Origin: a virus
Virus record (IMG/VR): IMGVR_UViG_3300036832_000803
Location: 5,727 to 69,726 of that record
Length of the DNA: 64,000 nucleotides
Reading direction: 5' to 3' (one strand)
Under the pieces are notes generated by a model. It searched no databases and was not told the DNA's origin. It saw only the letters and a program-made list of their open reading frames with translations. A program made the translations under genes and the position numbers. This document shows positions 39,476 through 48,291 of this stretch, piece after piece. Every line of letters begins with the position of its first letter. Position 1 is the stretch's first letter.

Positions 39476-41581
39476 ATGACGCCAGAGTTTCGCGCATGGG
39501 TCGACGAAGCAAAGCCGGTGACGATCGAAGCGATCGTGGCCCAGCGCGGAGGGCTGCACCTTAAGCGCTCCGGGCGCGAGCTTGCCGGCCCGTGCCCGCA
39601 CTGCCAGGGCGACGATCGGTTTGCCATCAACATCAACAAGGATGTCTTCAATTGCCGCGGCTGCGGCGGCAAAGGCAAGGGCGGGATCGCTTTCCTGCAA
39701 TGGATAGACCAGATCGAGTTTATCGACGCCGTCGAGCAGATCACCGGCAGAGCGCCGCCGCACGAGAAGAAAGAACGCGCCGCCAAGCGCAGCAAAAAGT
39801 CGGGGCCGCTCGGGCCGATCAAGGAAACATACAACTACATCAACGAGCTTGGCGAGCTTGTCTTCCAGGTCGTGCGCCATGAACCGAAAGCGTTTCGGCA
39901 ACGTCGCCCGTCGCCGAACGAAGACGGCGTCTGGATCAACGGCCTCGACGAAGGCGAGTACATGCGCCGCGGGCCGCTCGCCGATTGGTTTCACTTCGAC
40001 GAAGAGAACTTCGCCAAGTGGCAATGCACCGAGCGCGCCCACTTCGATGCGACGCCGTTGGTGCTCTACCACTTGCCCGATCTGATCGAGGCCATCGCGT
40101 GCGGCCAGATGGTGCTGGTCGTCGAGGGCGAGAAGGACGTTGCGACCGCCGTCGAAAAACTCGGGCTGGTCGCCACCACCAACCCCGGCGGCGCCGGCAA
40201 ATGGAAAGGGCGCGGCTACGCGCAATTTTTCCGCGACGCCGACGTGGTGATCATTCCCGACAACGACGAAGACCCCAGGAAGGGGCTCAAGCACGCCAAC
40301 GAGATCGCGCAAGACCTCTATGCCACCGCGGAGCGCGTGCGCATCGCCAAGCTGCCGGGCGGATTCAAAGACTTGACGCAATGGCACGACGCGGTCGGCA
40401 CCCGCGAAGACCTCGACCAGATCATCGCCACCGCGCCGCGCTATTTGAACGGCCATGATCCCGGCGGCGAAGCCGGCGCCAAACCCGACGCGCCGCCGAC
40501 CATACCGACGAAACAGTTTCGCCTCATACCATGCATCGAATTCATCCTTGGCTTCAAACCGCCGAACTATCTGATCGACGGCATATTGCAGCGGAAGTTT
40601 ATCTACAGCCTGACCGGCTTGACCGGACACGCCAAGACCGCCGTCGCGCTCTTGCTGGCCGAACTGGTCGCGTCGCGCGACATCAACACGATGCTGGGCA
40701 ACAACCGCGTGCGCAAGGGCAAGGTGATCTACTTCGCCGGCGAGAATCCCGATGACGTGCGCGCACGCGTAAAGGGCAGCTTCGAGGACTACGATTGCAA
40801 TCTGTCATTCGTCGAGGGCGTGTTCAATCTGAAAGAGATCATGTTGTTGGCGCACCAGGGCGCCGCCGCGCTCGACGGGGTCGATCTTGTTGTGATCGAT
40901 ACCAGCGCGGCCTACTTCCTTGGTGATGACGAGATCAACAATACGCAGATGGGCGCGCACGCCCGCCTCTTGCGCTCGCTCACCGATCTACCCGGCGCCC
41001 CGTGCGTGCTCGTACTCTGCCATCCGGTGAAGCATGCGACCGAACCGGAGCAGTTGATCCCGCGCGGCGGCGGCGCGTTCCTCAACGAGATGGACGGCAA
41101 CCTCACGCTCTTCAAGATCGACGACGAGACCGCCGAACTGAGCTACACGAAGATGCGCGGTCCGGGCTTTCAGCCGATCCGCTTCATTATCGAAACCGTC
41201 AAGACCATGAAGGTCGTCGACGCCGAGAACCGGCCGATGCCCACGGTGCGCGCCCGCGCGCTCTCGCGCCCGGAGGAAGAGCAGAAGGACGTGGAAATGG
41301 CGAGCGACCGCGATCTACTGCTGGTCGCCATGCTGCAAAACCAGGGCGCAAGCTATGCCGCGCTCGCCGACTTCCTCGACTGGCGCGTCGACAGCGGCCT
41401 GCCCAATAAGCAGAAGGTCGACCGCACCATCAAGGACATCGAGAAGTATTCCAAGCCAGCCCTCATCAAGCGGAACATGAAAAAGCCATTCCTGACCCAC
41501 GAAGGCGAGGCCGCGGCCCAGCGCGTCGAGGGCGCGCGGCAAGCAAGAGAACGAGAACGGTCGCAAGGGAAACTGTTTTGA
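39476..41581 (+). CDS. Primase-helicase (CHC2 Zn finger + TOPRIM + RepA/AAA_25 helicase)
   Basis: GPCPHC..FNCRGC; VVEGEKD, IPDND, KDLTQW; GLTGHAKT, LVVIDTS, LCHP.K, PRGGGA. Confidence 0.9.
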   Translation: MTPEFRAWVDEAKPVTIEAIVAQRGGLHLKRSGRELAGPCPHCQGDDRFAININKDVFNCRGCGGKGKGGIAFLQWIDQIEFIDAVEQITGRAPPHEKKERAAKRSKKSGPLGPIKETYNYINELGELVFQVVRHEPKAFRQRRPSPNEDGVWINGLDEGEYMRRGPLADWFHFDEENFAKWQCTERAHFDATPLVLYHLPDLIEAIACGQMVLVVEGEKDVATAVEKLGLVATTNPGGAGKWKGRGYAQFFRDADVVIIPDNDEDPRKGLKHANEIAQDLYATAERVRIAKLPGGFKDLTQWHDAVGTREDLDQIIATAPRYLNGHDPGGEAGAKPDAPPTIPTKQFRLIPCIEFILGFKPPNYLIDGILQRKFIYSLTGLTGHAKTAVALLLAELVASRDINTMLGNNRVRKGKVIYFAGENPDDVRARVKGSFEDYDCNLSFVEGVFNLKEIMLLAHQGAAALDGVDLVVIDTSAAYFLGDDEINNTQMGAHARLLRSLTDLPGAPCVLVLCHPVKHATEPEQLIPRGGGAFLNEMDGNLTLFKIDDETAELSYTKMRGPGFQPIRFIIETVKTMKVVDAENRPMPTVRARALSRPEEEQKDVEMASDRDLLLVAMLQNQGASYAALADFLDWRVDSGLPNKQKVDRTIKDIEKYSKPALIKRNMKKPFLTHEGEAAAQRVEGARQARERERSQGKLF

Positions 41582-41619
41582 TGCCGATCCGTGAAAGTAT
41601 CACTTTAACAAACGGCGCT

Positions 41620-41855
41620 AAAGCCGTCCGTTTTCTGCGGACGCGAGCAAACAAACCAAAATCGCACTTAGCTCCCGTCCGTCCGGAATCTGGACAGCCG
41701 CGGACGCGAACACGAAAAATGGAGCCAACCTATTGAGTAATCAACACATAATTCCGTCCAGAGAGAGCGTGGACGAGTTTGGACTGCGTGTATGCCAAGG
41801 AACGCAGATTCCAAACGTCCGTCCGCTTTCTCTTCCTATATGGAAAGGAGTCCAG
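41620..41855. repeat. Candidate replication origin with CGTCC/GGACG iterons
   Basis: Nine CGTCC/GGACG pentamers in both orientations around A-rich tracts, immediately after the primase-helicase. Confidence 0.45.
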
Positions 41856-41902
41856 AGGAAAACCAAATCGCTCGGTTTTTCGACGATGCCAAAGGTGGCG
41901 CC

Positions 41903-42586
41903 ATGAGCAAGCGCCCACCCCGTCAGCGCGCCAAGCCGGTCCGCAAGCACGACCTGCGGCACCTGTACGGTAACCTGCCGGGCAAGCACCGGGTCGCCAT
42001 CGCCATCAGCGAGCCCGGCGGCCTGCTCTCGTCGGATAGCGCAACGCTCGAAATCGGTCGCAGGCGTAACGGAACGCTGGCGCATCCACGCGCCGCGCCC
42101 GAATGGGTGCCACCGGAGCGACCGACCATCATCGTGGCCCAGAGCGTGCGCAACGATCCGCTCGGCCAGATGTACGCGCGCCACCAGATCGAATACGTCT
42201 GCTACATCGCCGGCCGTGGCTACCAGGAGCTTTCCGAGATCGCGGCCATCGGCAACTACGGCAGCGGCGACCCGTCACGCCCATCAAGCCACGCCAACGG
42301 AACCGCATCCGGCGACGCGCTCGATCGCCAGCGCCTCGCCGGCATGCGGCTGCGCAAGATCGATCTCGCCATCCGCACCGATCTCGGCAAAACCGGGTTG
42401 ACGATCACGCACGCTGTTCTGATCGCACGCAGGACCACCAGTATCACCGGAAAAACCAAACGCGAGAAACAGGTCTTCGCGTACATCTTCCGATCCTGCC
42501 TCAAACTGATCGCCGTGCAGCTTGGGCTCGCGACCCGAACAATTCGGTCACCACGCGCATCCACACACATCGAGCCAACCGCATGA
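41903..42586 (+). CDS. DUF6456-like protein (possible late regulator)
   Basis: RNDPLGQMYAR.QI....Y.AG..Y...L...A..LG pattern; position after replication genes. Confidence 0.55.
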   Translation: MSKRPPRQRAKPVRKHDLRHLYGNLPGKHRVAIAISEPGGLLSSDSATLEIGRRRNGTLAHPRAAPEWVPPERPTIIVAQSVRNDPLGQMYARHQIEYVCYIAGRGYQELSEIAAIGNYGSGDPSRPSSHANGTASGDALDRQRLAGMRLRKIDLAIRTDLGKTGLTITHAVLIARRTTSITGKTKREKQVFAYIFRSCLKLIAVQLGLATRTIRSPRASTHIEPTA

Positions 42587-42924
42587 CGCAGCACGTCGAC
42601 GACTTCGAGCCCATGACTGATGCGCAGCTGATCGCCTACGCGAGCGCGTTCCGTCTCGGCATCATTGGTCGCGGGCCGTCAGCCGGAAGATGCTTCATAG
42701 TCTGCGCACCGCTCGCCGCCTTGCTCTCGACCATCGGCGTCAAAGCCGATCTCGTCGAAAGCGATCTTGGTTGGATAAATCATTTCTGGCTGCGGCTTGC
42801 CGACGGCCGCGCGCTCGATCCGACCGCAGATCAGTTCAACAATGTCGACGACGCAAAATTGCCGGCGGTTTATCTCGGGCCGCCGCTGACCAAGTATCAC
42901 AAGCAGAAGGAGACGCGACCGTGA
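42583..42924 (+). CDS. Hypothetical protein
   Basis: C..VC.PL..LL, NHFWL...DG..LDPTADQF (transglutaminase-like C/H/D spacing). Confidence 0.55.
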   Translation: MTQHVDDFEPMTDAQLIAYASAFRLGIIGRGPSAGRCFIVCAPLAALLSTIGVKADLVESDLGWINHFWLRLADGRALDPTADQFNNVDDAKLPAVYLGPPLTKYHKQKETRP

Positions 42925-43220
42925 GCGTGTCGAGCGCACATCTGCGCGCGGTGCTCCAATTAAAGGCGCCACTTTCCCCTGATGAGGCTGCGCGCTTTCG
43001 GACTCGCTGGCGTGAGATGATTCGCGACGGCGGTCAAACGATCATTCTAGAACCAGGTGAGCGGGTTGATCTGTTCCAACCATCAGGCATCAGTCGAGTG
43101 CCTATCGTCCGTCCGGCGCCGTTGCCCTGGTACTACGCTTGCGATCCTATGATCCTGCTTGTGGTGATCACGGGTGTCGTCATGGTGCCGATCGCGCTGA
43201 TCATCATCGCTGGAGGCTGA
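42921..43220 (+). CDS. Small membrane protein (paralogue of 47414..47656)
   Basis: S.SSAHLR.VL N-terminus and WYY.CDPMILL..TM C-terminus shared with the paralogue. Confidence 0.6.
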   Translation: MSVSSAHLRAVLQLKAPLSPDEAARFRTRWREMIRDGGQTIILEPGERVDLFQPSGISRVPIVRPAPLPWYYACDPMILLVVITGVVMVPIALIIIAGG

Positions 43221-43221
43221 C

Positions 43222-43665
43222 ATGGTCGCGTATTCGTTCCAGCGCCGTTTCGTCAATCCGATCCGCGTCGGGCTCGGGCTCGATCCACTGGCGCGCTTCC
43301 CGCCAGCGCACGGTCCCAAGCGTCACACCATCCGCGCACCCAGACTTCGTGATCATGCGCGTGAAGGCCAGCGGCTCCAATTGTATTTCGCGCAAAGGAC
43401 GCAGCATTGCTTCCTGATCGCACACACCGTCTGCATCGGCGTCGCGCCCATCACGCTCGTCTTCGATAGCGACCCGGAATCCGAAGGCGTGATCTCGCCG
43501 GGCCTAGGAATCATGGAATGGGGCTATGCTTCGCTCGATGCGTTCGCGGTCGGCGACGGTTTCGAAAGTTGGGCCGCACTGCGACAGTTCTGGCTGGTCG
43601 AACGCGGCTGCGATGAATTCGCGTTCAAGGGCAACATCATTTTTTGGGAGACCAACAATCGATGA
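43222..43665 (+). CDS. ASCH/PUA-like protein
   Basis: YSFQ.RF..PI, K.HTIR, G..LQLY, FA..DGF.SW..L..FW. Confidence 0.7.
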   Translation: MVAYSFQRRFVNPIRVGLGLDPLARFPPAHGPKRHTIRAPRLRDHAREGQRLQLYFAQRTQHCFLIAHTVCIGVAPITLVFDSDPESEGVISPGLGIMEWGYASLDAFAVGDGFESWAALRQFWLVERGCDEFAFKGNIIFWETNNR

Positions 43666-44062
43666 CGGCGCACACGATCAAAGGCACGATCGCGTTCAGT
43701 TGCGATGAATGTCCCGAGAGCATCGAAACCAACGAGCAGGATTTCGCCGACGCGTGGAATTACGCTCGCAGTCTGGGATGGCGCGCCCAACGAAATGCGC
43801 GTGGCCACTTCGAGCACGAATGTCCCAGCTGCGCCGGTTCCGTCACGACCGCCAAGCCATGATCGAGATTCTTGCCCAGGTCAGAGCACAGAATTTTTGC
43901 GCCGGTCTGGTGCTCTGGGACGACAAGGTGATCGAGACCGCGCCCCTCCTGCGCCGGATGAAAGGCTGGAGCCGCGCCCATGTGCGCGACTACTGCCGAG
44001 GAAAAGGCTGGAAAGTCGAAGTCATCCACGCCCTGCAACGCGCCAGACCGGTACCCGGTTAA
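43662..44062 (+). other. Two small genes (43662-43862 Zn-ribbon; 43859-44062)
   Basis: CDEC..H.CPSC; FCAGLV...APLLR.M.GW. Confidence 0.55.
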
Positions 44063-44077
44063 ACCCTAAAAAGACCA

Positions 44078-44215
44078 TTGACGCATGGCCCGCCATGGGC
44101 ATAGGTTCCCTACCCAGGTCGAACTGCGTTCGGAACGGCCTACCTCTTTCGGAAACCTCCCCAGGGTTTTGGACCTCATCGTCGCCGTGGCACGCACCAC
44201 GGCGACGATGATTTT
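44078..44215 (+). promoter_or_regulatory. Candidate late promoter with leader attenuator hairpin
   Basis: TTGACG-18-TAGGTT; perfect 15-bp stem 44176-44211 followed by TTTT. Confidence 0.5.
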
Positions 44216-44238
44216 GGGAGCGACCATTTGGTTGATTG

Positions 44239-44577
44239 ATGACAAACCCAATCCTGCCACCAGCAGCCCAGCGTCACTGGAGCACTTGGTACACCACAAG
44301 GCGCTGGCGTAGACTGCGAGCCCAACAGCTGCTGCGCTTCCCACTCTGCGCGTTCTGCCTCGCTCGTGGCATCACCACACCCGCAACGATCGCTGATCAC
44401 ATCAAGCCGCACAGTGGAAACTGGAACGACTTCCTGCTCGGCAAGCTGCAATCACTGTGCAAGCCGTGTCACGATATCACCAAGCGTTGCCTCGATCTGC
44501 ATGGTTATACGGCCGACATCGATAGCGATGGCTGGCCAACCGATCCGCGCCATCCAGCAAATCAAGGTGGCTTATGA
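44239..44577 (+). CDS. HNH endonuclease (HK97 gp74-like packaging HNH)
   Basis: RWRRLR..QL...PLC.FC, ADHIKPH, LQSLCKPCHD, DGWP.DP.HP. Confidence 0.85.
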   Translation: MTNPILPPAAQRHWSTWYTTRRWRRLRAQQLLRFPLCAFCLARGITTPATIADHIKPHSGNWNDFLLGKLQSLCKPCHDITKRCLDLHGYTADIDSDGWPTDPRHPANQGGL

Positions 44578-44879
44578 TCAAGGTCGTGGTCCAGGTGTCA
44601 GCCAAGGCCGGCCTATGGCATTGGTCCGCCATGGGGATGATAGGTCGATCCGCAACGCCATTGTTGGACGCCTCCCGGCGCGTCCTCGCAGAGCATCCCC
44701 ACATGGCCAACGAGCCGATCGAGATGTGGCACCGTGGCTGCGATCACGTCGCATTGCAGAGCACAGTCGCGCACGCTGCCACCTTGGCCGTGTCGGATCG
44801 CAGTCCTAGACGCATACGGTTCGAGCCGTGGCAGTCCTATCCGAGCGAACTTCGAGGACGCCAAACCGAGCCGAATTAA
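44574..44879 (+). CDS. Hypothetical protein
   Basis: G.S.TPLLDASR; ATGA overlap with HNH. Confidence 0.55.
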   Translation: MIKVVVQVSAKAGLWHWSAMGMIGRSATPLLDASRRVLAEHPHMANEPIEMWHRGCDHVALQSTVAHAATLAVSDRSPRRIRFEPWQSYPSELRGRQTEPN

Positions 44880-45009
44880 AATTCCCCCGCTTTCGCAAAC
44901 GTCGCCAATCCTGGGAAGGCCATTGCGTAGGGCATAGGGAAGCCCATGGACGCGCGGGGATCACCTGGGCTGGGGAGGATGCCCCGCCGGGGAGACGCCC
45001 ACGGGCGGC

Positions 45010-45120
45010 CTCGGGAGGGGGGGGGATGGGGAAATAATTATCTCCCCCACGCGGCAGCCGCGGCGGCGGTCCGATTTTAGCGGCCGCAAAATACGACAGA
45101 CCCCCACTCCGAAATCGGCC
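45010..45120. other. Possible cos / packaging region
   Basis: Non-coding, G-run (G9) then GCCGCGGCGGCGG, shortly after the HNH gene; followed by about 400 nt of G/T-skewed sequence. Confidence 0.3.
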
Positions 45121-45549
45121 CATAGGCGTGCGCGGTGGCGCCGTGGGTGCGTTTTTTCGAGGGGGGCCTATGTCTGGGAGCGCGCGACCTGGGAAAACGC
45201 GTATGGGCGGGCGTCTGAAATGGCTGGTTTTTAGACGGGTGGCCGTTTAGCCGACTTTTGTCCCGTGATAATACGTTGATTTTATTGCCTTTTTTCGCAC
45301 CCTTTTGGCGGCCTTGGGGAGCCCCGTGGGGGGCCTTCCAGGGGAGCCGTATGAGGGTAGCCCGGCGGCCCGGGCGCCGGTTGGGCGCCGTTTGGGGCGG
45401 GTTTTGGCGGGGGTTCCGGGGCGGTCGAGGGTCGGAAGGCGCGCGTTTGGCAGGGTTTAGGGGCTATTTGGCAGGGGGTTCGGGAAAGGCGCGGCGAGGG
45501 TAGCGGGGCGGTCCGATTGGCCAATGGGGCGCCCCGGGGTCGACGCCGG

Positions 45550-45834
45550 CTACGCCACCGCCTCGACGTGCTGGAGCAGCCGGGCGGCGCTCTTGCGCGC
45601 TATCGCAAGATCATAGGCCGCCTGCAAATTGATCCAATATTCCGGCGACTGCCCGAGCGCCTTTCCGAACAACAGTGCCAGTTCGGCGGTGACGGGTCGC
45701 GAGCCCTTCACCACATGCGAGACCCGCATGGCCGATACGCCGATCGCGCGCGCGAATGATGCCTGCGACAGGTCAAGCTCGGCGAGAATTTCCGCCAAAA
45801 ATTCTCCTGGGTGGATGGGCGCAAGTCCACTCAT
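45550..45834 (-). CDS. higA: HigA antitoxin
   Basis: PIHPGEFL, R.VTAELAL..GKALGQSPEYWINLQ..YDL; AAGGAGG SD. Confidence 0.9.
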   Translation of the reverse strand: MSGLAPIHPGEFLAEILAELDLSQASFARAIGVSAMRVSHVVKGSRPVTAELALLFGKALGQSPEYWINLQAAYDLAIARKSAARLLQHVEAVA

Positions 45835-45847
45835 ATTGCAACCTCCT

Positions 45848-46129
45848 TTAGTGATAGTCCGTGATTTCAACATCAAACGCATCGCCGTCGACGAACCGAA
45901 AACAAATACGCCATTGATCGTTGATGCGAACCGAACGTTGTCCCGCCCGATTGCCTTTCAACAATTCAAGCCGATTGGACGGGGGCAAACGCAAGTCTTC
46001 GATGTTCTTCGCGGCGTTCAATTGCAGTAGACGCATCGTCGCTCGCCGCAGAATTTCGCGAGGGAACCGTCGACTTTTGCCGGTGACGACAAATCTCTCG
46101 GTTTCAGTATCGGCAAACGACCGGATCAT
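45848..46129 (-). CDS. higB: HigB (RelE-family) toxin
   Basis: MIRSFAD.ETE, DLRLPPSNRLE.LKGNR.GQ.SVRINDQWRICF, DVEITDYH. Confidence 0.9.
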   Translation of the reverse strand: MIRSFADTETERFVVTGKSRRFPREILRRATMRLLQLNAAKNIEDLRLPPSNRLELLKGNRAGQRSVRINDQWRICFRFVDGDAFDVEITDYH

Positions 46130-46135
46130 CACCGT

Positions 46136-46165
46136 CCATATAAACAGACTGTTTATGGTAGTCAA
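46136..46165 (-). promoter_or_regulatory. higBA promoter with palindromic operator
   Basis: TTGACT -35; ATAAACAG-N-CTGTTTAT inverted repeat in the spacer/-10. Confidence 0.7.
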
Positions 46166-46243
46166 GGGCGCGGGGCGGGTCGATTAGCCAATGGGCGCTC
46201 CGCGGCTGGCGCCCGGAAGGGGGCGGAAAGGAAAGAGGCCGGC

Positions 46244-46837
46244 ATGTTGCCCGAGACGATGCGATCAGAGCTTGGCGTTCGGCCGATCGACTGGCTGGGA
46301 CTCCATCGCGAGTATCAGAACGCAGGCGAGATGGAAATTCTGGTCGCCCTGGCGCGCTCGATCGACGCGCGCAGCATGCTCGAAATTGGTTGCCGCGACG
46401 GCCGCACGGCGCGGCTCGTGCTCCGCAACGTCGAGACGCTGGAACGATATGTGGGAATCGATGTCGCTCCGGGTTACGAGCCGCGGCTTGAGTGCCAGCG
46501 CAGCGAAGTGACCGAGTGTCCCGGGACGCTCGCGCTTTCCGACCCACGCTTCGATCTGATGCTTCGCAAACGCGGGTCGCTCGATCTGACGGCGGTGGAT
46601 TTCGCGGAGCGCTTCGATATTTGCTACATCGACGGCGACCACAGTGCGGCCGCGGTCCGGCATGATAGCAGTCTCGCGCTCGCCATCACGCGGGGCCTGA
46701 TCGTCTGGCACGACTACGGCAACGCGGCGGTCGAGGTCACCGGCGTCCTCGATAGCCTCGATCTTCCGCTCCGCCGGATTTCCGGGACTTGGTTCGCCTT
46801 CCTGCCGCTGCCGGTCGATCAGGAAAGGCGCGCATGA
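46244..46837 (+). CDS. Class I SAM-dependent methyltransferase (Methyltransf_24-like)
   Basis: LEIGCRDGRT; FDICYIDGDHS...VRHD; IVWHDY. Confidence 0.8.
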   Translation: MLPETMRSELGVRPIDWLGLHREYQNAGEMEILVALARSIDARSMLEIGCRDGRTARLVLRNVETLERYVGIDVAPGYEPRLECQRSEVTECPGTLALSDPRFDLMLRKRGSLDLTAVDFAERFDICYIDGDHSAAAVRHDSSLALAITRGLIVWHDYGNAAVEVTGVLDSLDLPLRRISGTWFAFLPLPVDQERRA

Positions 46838-47406
46838 AGGTCGCGGTTGAATACCGGCCGCTCGCGGCCTTGAAGCCGGACCCGCAGAACGCGCGGCTGC
46901 ATTCGGACGCCCAGGTCGCCGAGATCGCGCGCTCGATCCAGCGCTTCGGCTTCGTCAACCCGGTGCTGGCGCGCGAGGACGGCCAGATCATCGCGGGCGA
47001 AGGGCGCTGGCGCGCGGCGACCAAGCTCGGGCTGATCGAGCTTCCGGTCATCGAGCTACGCGGGTTGACCGATGCGCAGTGTCGCGCGCTCGGGCTCGCC
47101 GACAATCGCATCGGGCTCAATTCGTCCTGGGATGAAGAGTTGTTGGCGAAGTCGATCGAAGAGTTGACCGCGGCCGGCGAGTCGATGGCCGATCTTGGTT
47201 TCGATCGCGATGAGCTTGCAGCGCTGATGAACCCAGGCACCGTGTCGGTCGAGGCGGTCAACGTCGGCCCGCTCGAAGATCGATTCTGGATCGCGGTGCG
47301 CGGTCCGCTGAAGGATCAGGCGCACGCCTTGCAGCGCATCCAGATCGTCATGGCGGAATTCCCCGCCATCGAAGTCGAGCTTGGCACCGTCGGCATCGAG
47401 GATTGA
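46834..47406 (+). CDS. ParB/Srx N-terminal domain protein
   Basis: LKPDPQNARLHSDAQV..IARSI.RFGFVNPVL, IIAGEGRWRAA, LADNR. Confidence 0.85.
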   Translation: MKVAVEYRPLAALKPDPQNARLHSDAQVAEIARSIQRFGFVNPVLAREDGQIIAGEGRWRAATKLGLIELPVIELRGLTDAQCRALGLADNRIGLNSSWDEELLAKSIEELTAAGESMADLGFDRDELAALMNPGTVSVEAVNVGPLEDRFWIAVRGPLKDQAHALQRIQIVMAEFPAIEVELGTVGIED

Positions 47407-47413
47407 AACCCGG

Positions 47414-47656
47414 ATGAGCATGTCGAGCGCCCATCTACGCGAAGTTCTATCGAGGCCGCCGATGGGATATCAGCCGCGATCGTCGGGCATCGATCGGCCG
47501 CCGCCGCCGTGGCCCGCGCGAGGCTGGAACCGCGCGCCCGTTCGGCCGCCTCCGCCGCTTGCTTGGTACTACGTTTGCGATCCCATGATCCTGCTCGCAC
47601 TGATCGCGGGCGCTGTCATGGTGCCGATTGTGTTGATCGTCGCGGTGGCCGGGTGA
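47414..47656 (+). CDS. Small membrane protein (paralogue of 42921..43220)
   Basis: Shared termini; C-terminal TM. Confidence 0.6.
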   Translation: MSMSSAHLREVLSRPPMGYQPRSSGIDRPPPPWPARGWNRAPVRPPPPLAWYYVCDPMILLALIAGAVMVPIVLIVAVAG

Positions 47657-48279
47657 TTGGGTCGGTCAGCAAATTCAAACTCGGGCGCGTCGGCCAGATC
47701 AAGAACGCGCATGCGAGCAAGCCAGCCAAGATTGGACTCCGCAGCCACGTGCTCGAAGCGGTCGGCCGCGACGCTGCGGTGTTCGATGCGTTTGCCGGGG
47801 CCGGCGAGATGTATCGCGGCATCTGGTACGTCGCCCGCGCCTATGTGGGCTGCGATCTGGAATGGCATCGCGACGGCCGGCTGGCCTATGTGGCCGACAA
47901 CCGGCGCGTCATGCGCTGCATCGATCTTACCCAATTCGCGATCTTCGATTTCGACGCGCACGGCTCGCCGTGGGAGCAGGCCGTGATCCTCGCCGCCCGA
48001 CGCCCGGTCGCGCCCGGCGAGCGCATCGGCCTCGTCATCACGGAAGGTTCGGGCCTCAATCTCAAGACCGGGAAGCTCGGCAACGCTCTGGGCCAGCTTA
48101 TCGGGATGACCGTGCGCGTTGACGGAATGATGCGCTGGCAGGATGAAATCCTGACGCGCGCGATCAACGCCATCGCCCGCCGCATGAAGTGCGACGTAGA
48201 GCTACGCTGGCAGGCAAAGGGAAAAACTGGCGCCGCGGTGGTGTACGCGGGCGTCGTTCTGCGCGGACGGCTGAATTGA
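47653..48279 (+). CDS. Rossmann-fold methyltransferase-like protein
   Basis: VFDAFAGAGEMY (motif I-like), FDFDAHGSPW (motif IV-like); GTG at 47653. Confidence 0.6.
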   Translation: MIGSVSKFKLGRVGQIKNAHASKPAKIGLRSHVLEAVGRDAAVFDAFAGAGEMYRGIWYVARAYVGCDLEWHRDGRLAYVADNRRVMRCIDLTQFAIFDFDAHGSPWEQAVILAARRPVAPGERIGLVITEGSGLNLKTGKLGNALGQLIGMTVRVDGMMRWQDEILTRAINAIARRMKCDVELRWQAKGKTGAAVVYAGVVLRGRLN

Positions 48280-48291
48280 AGGAAACGTCAC

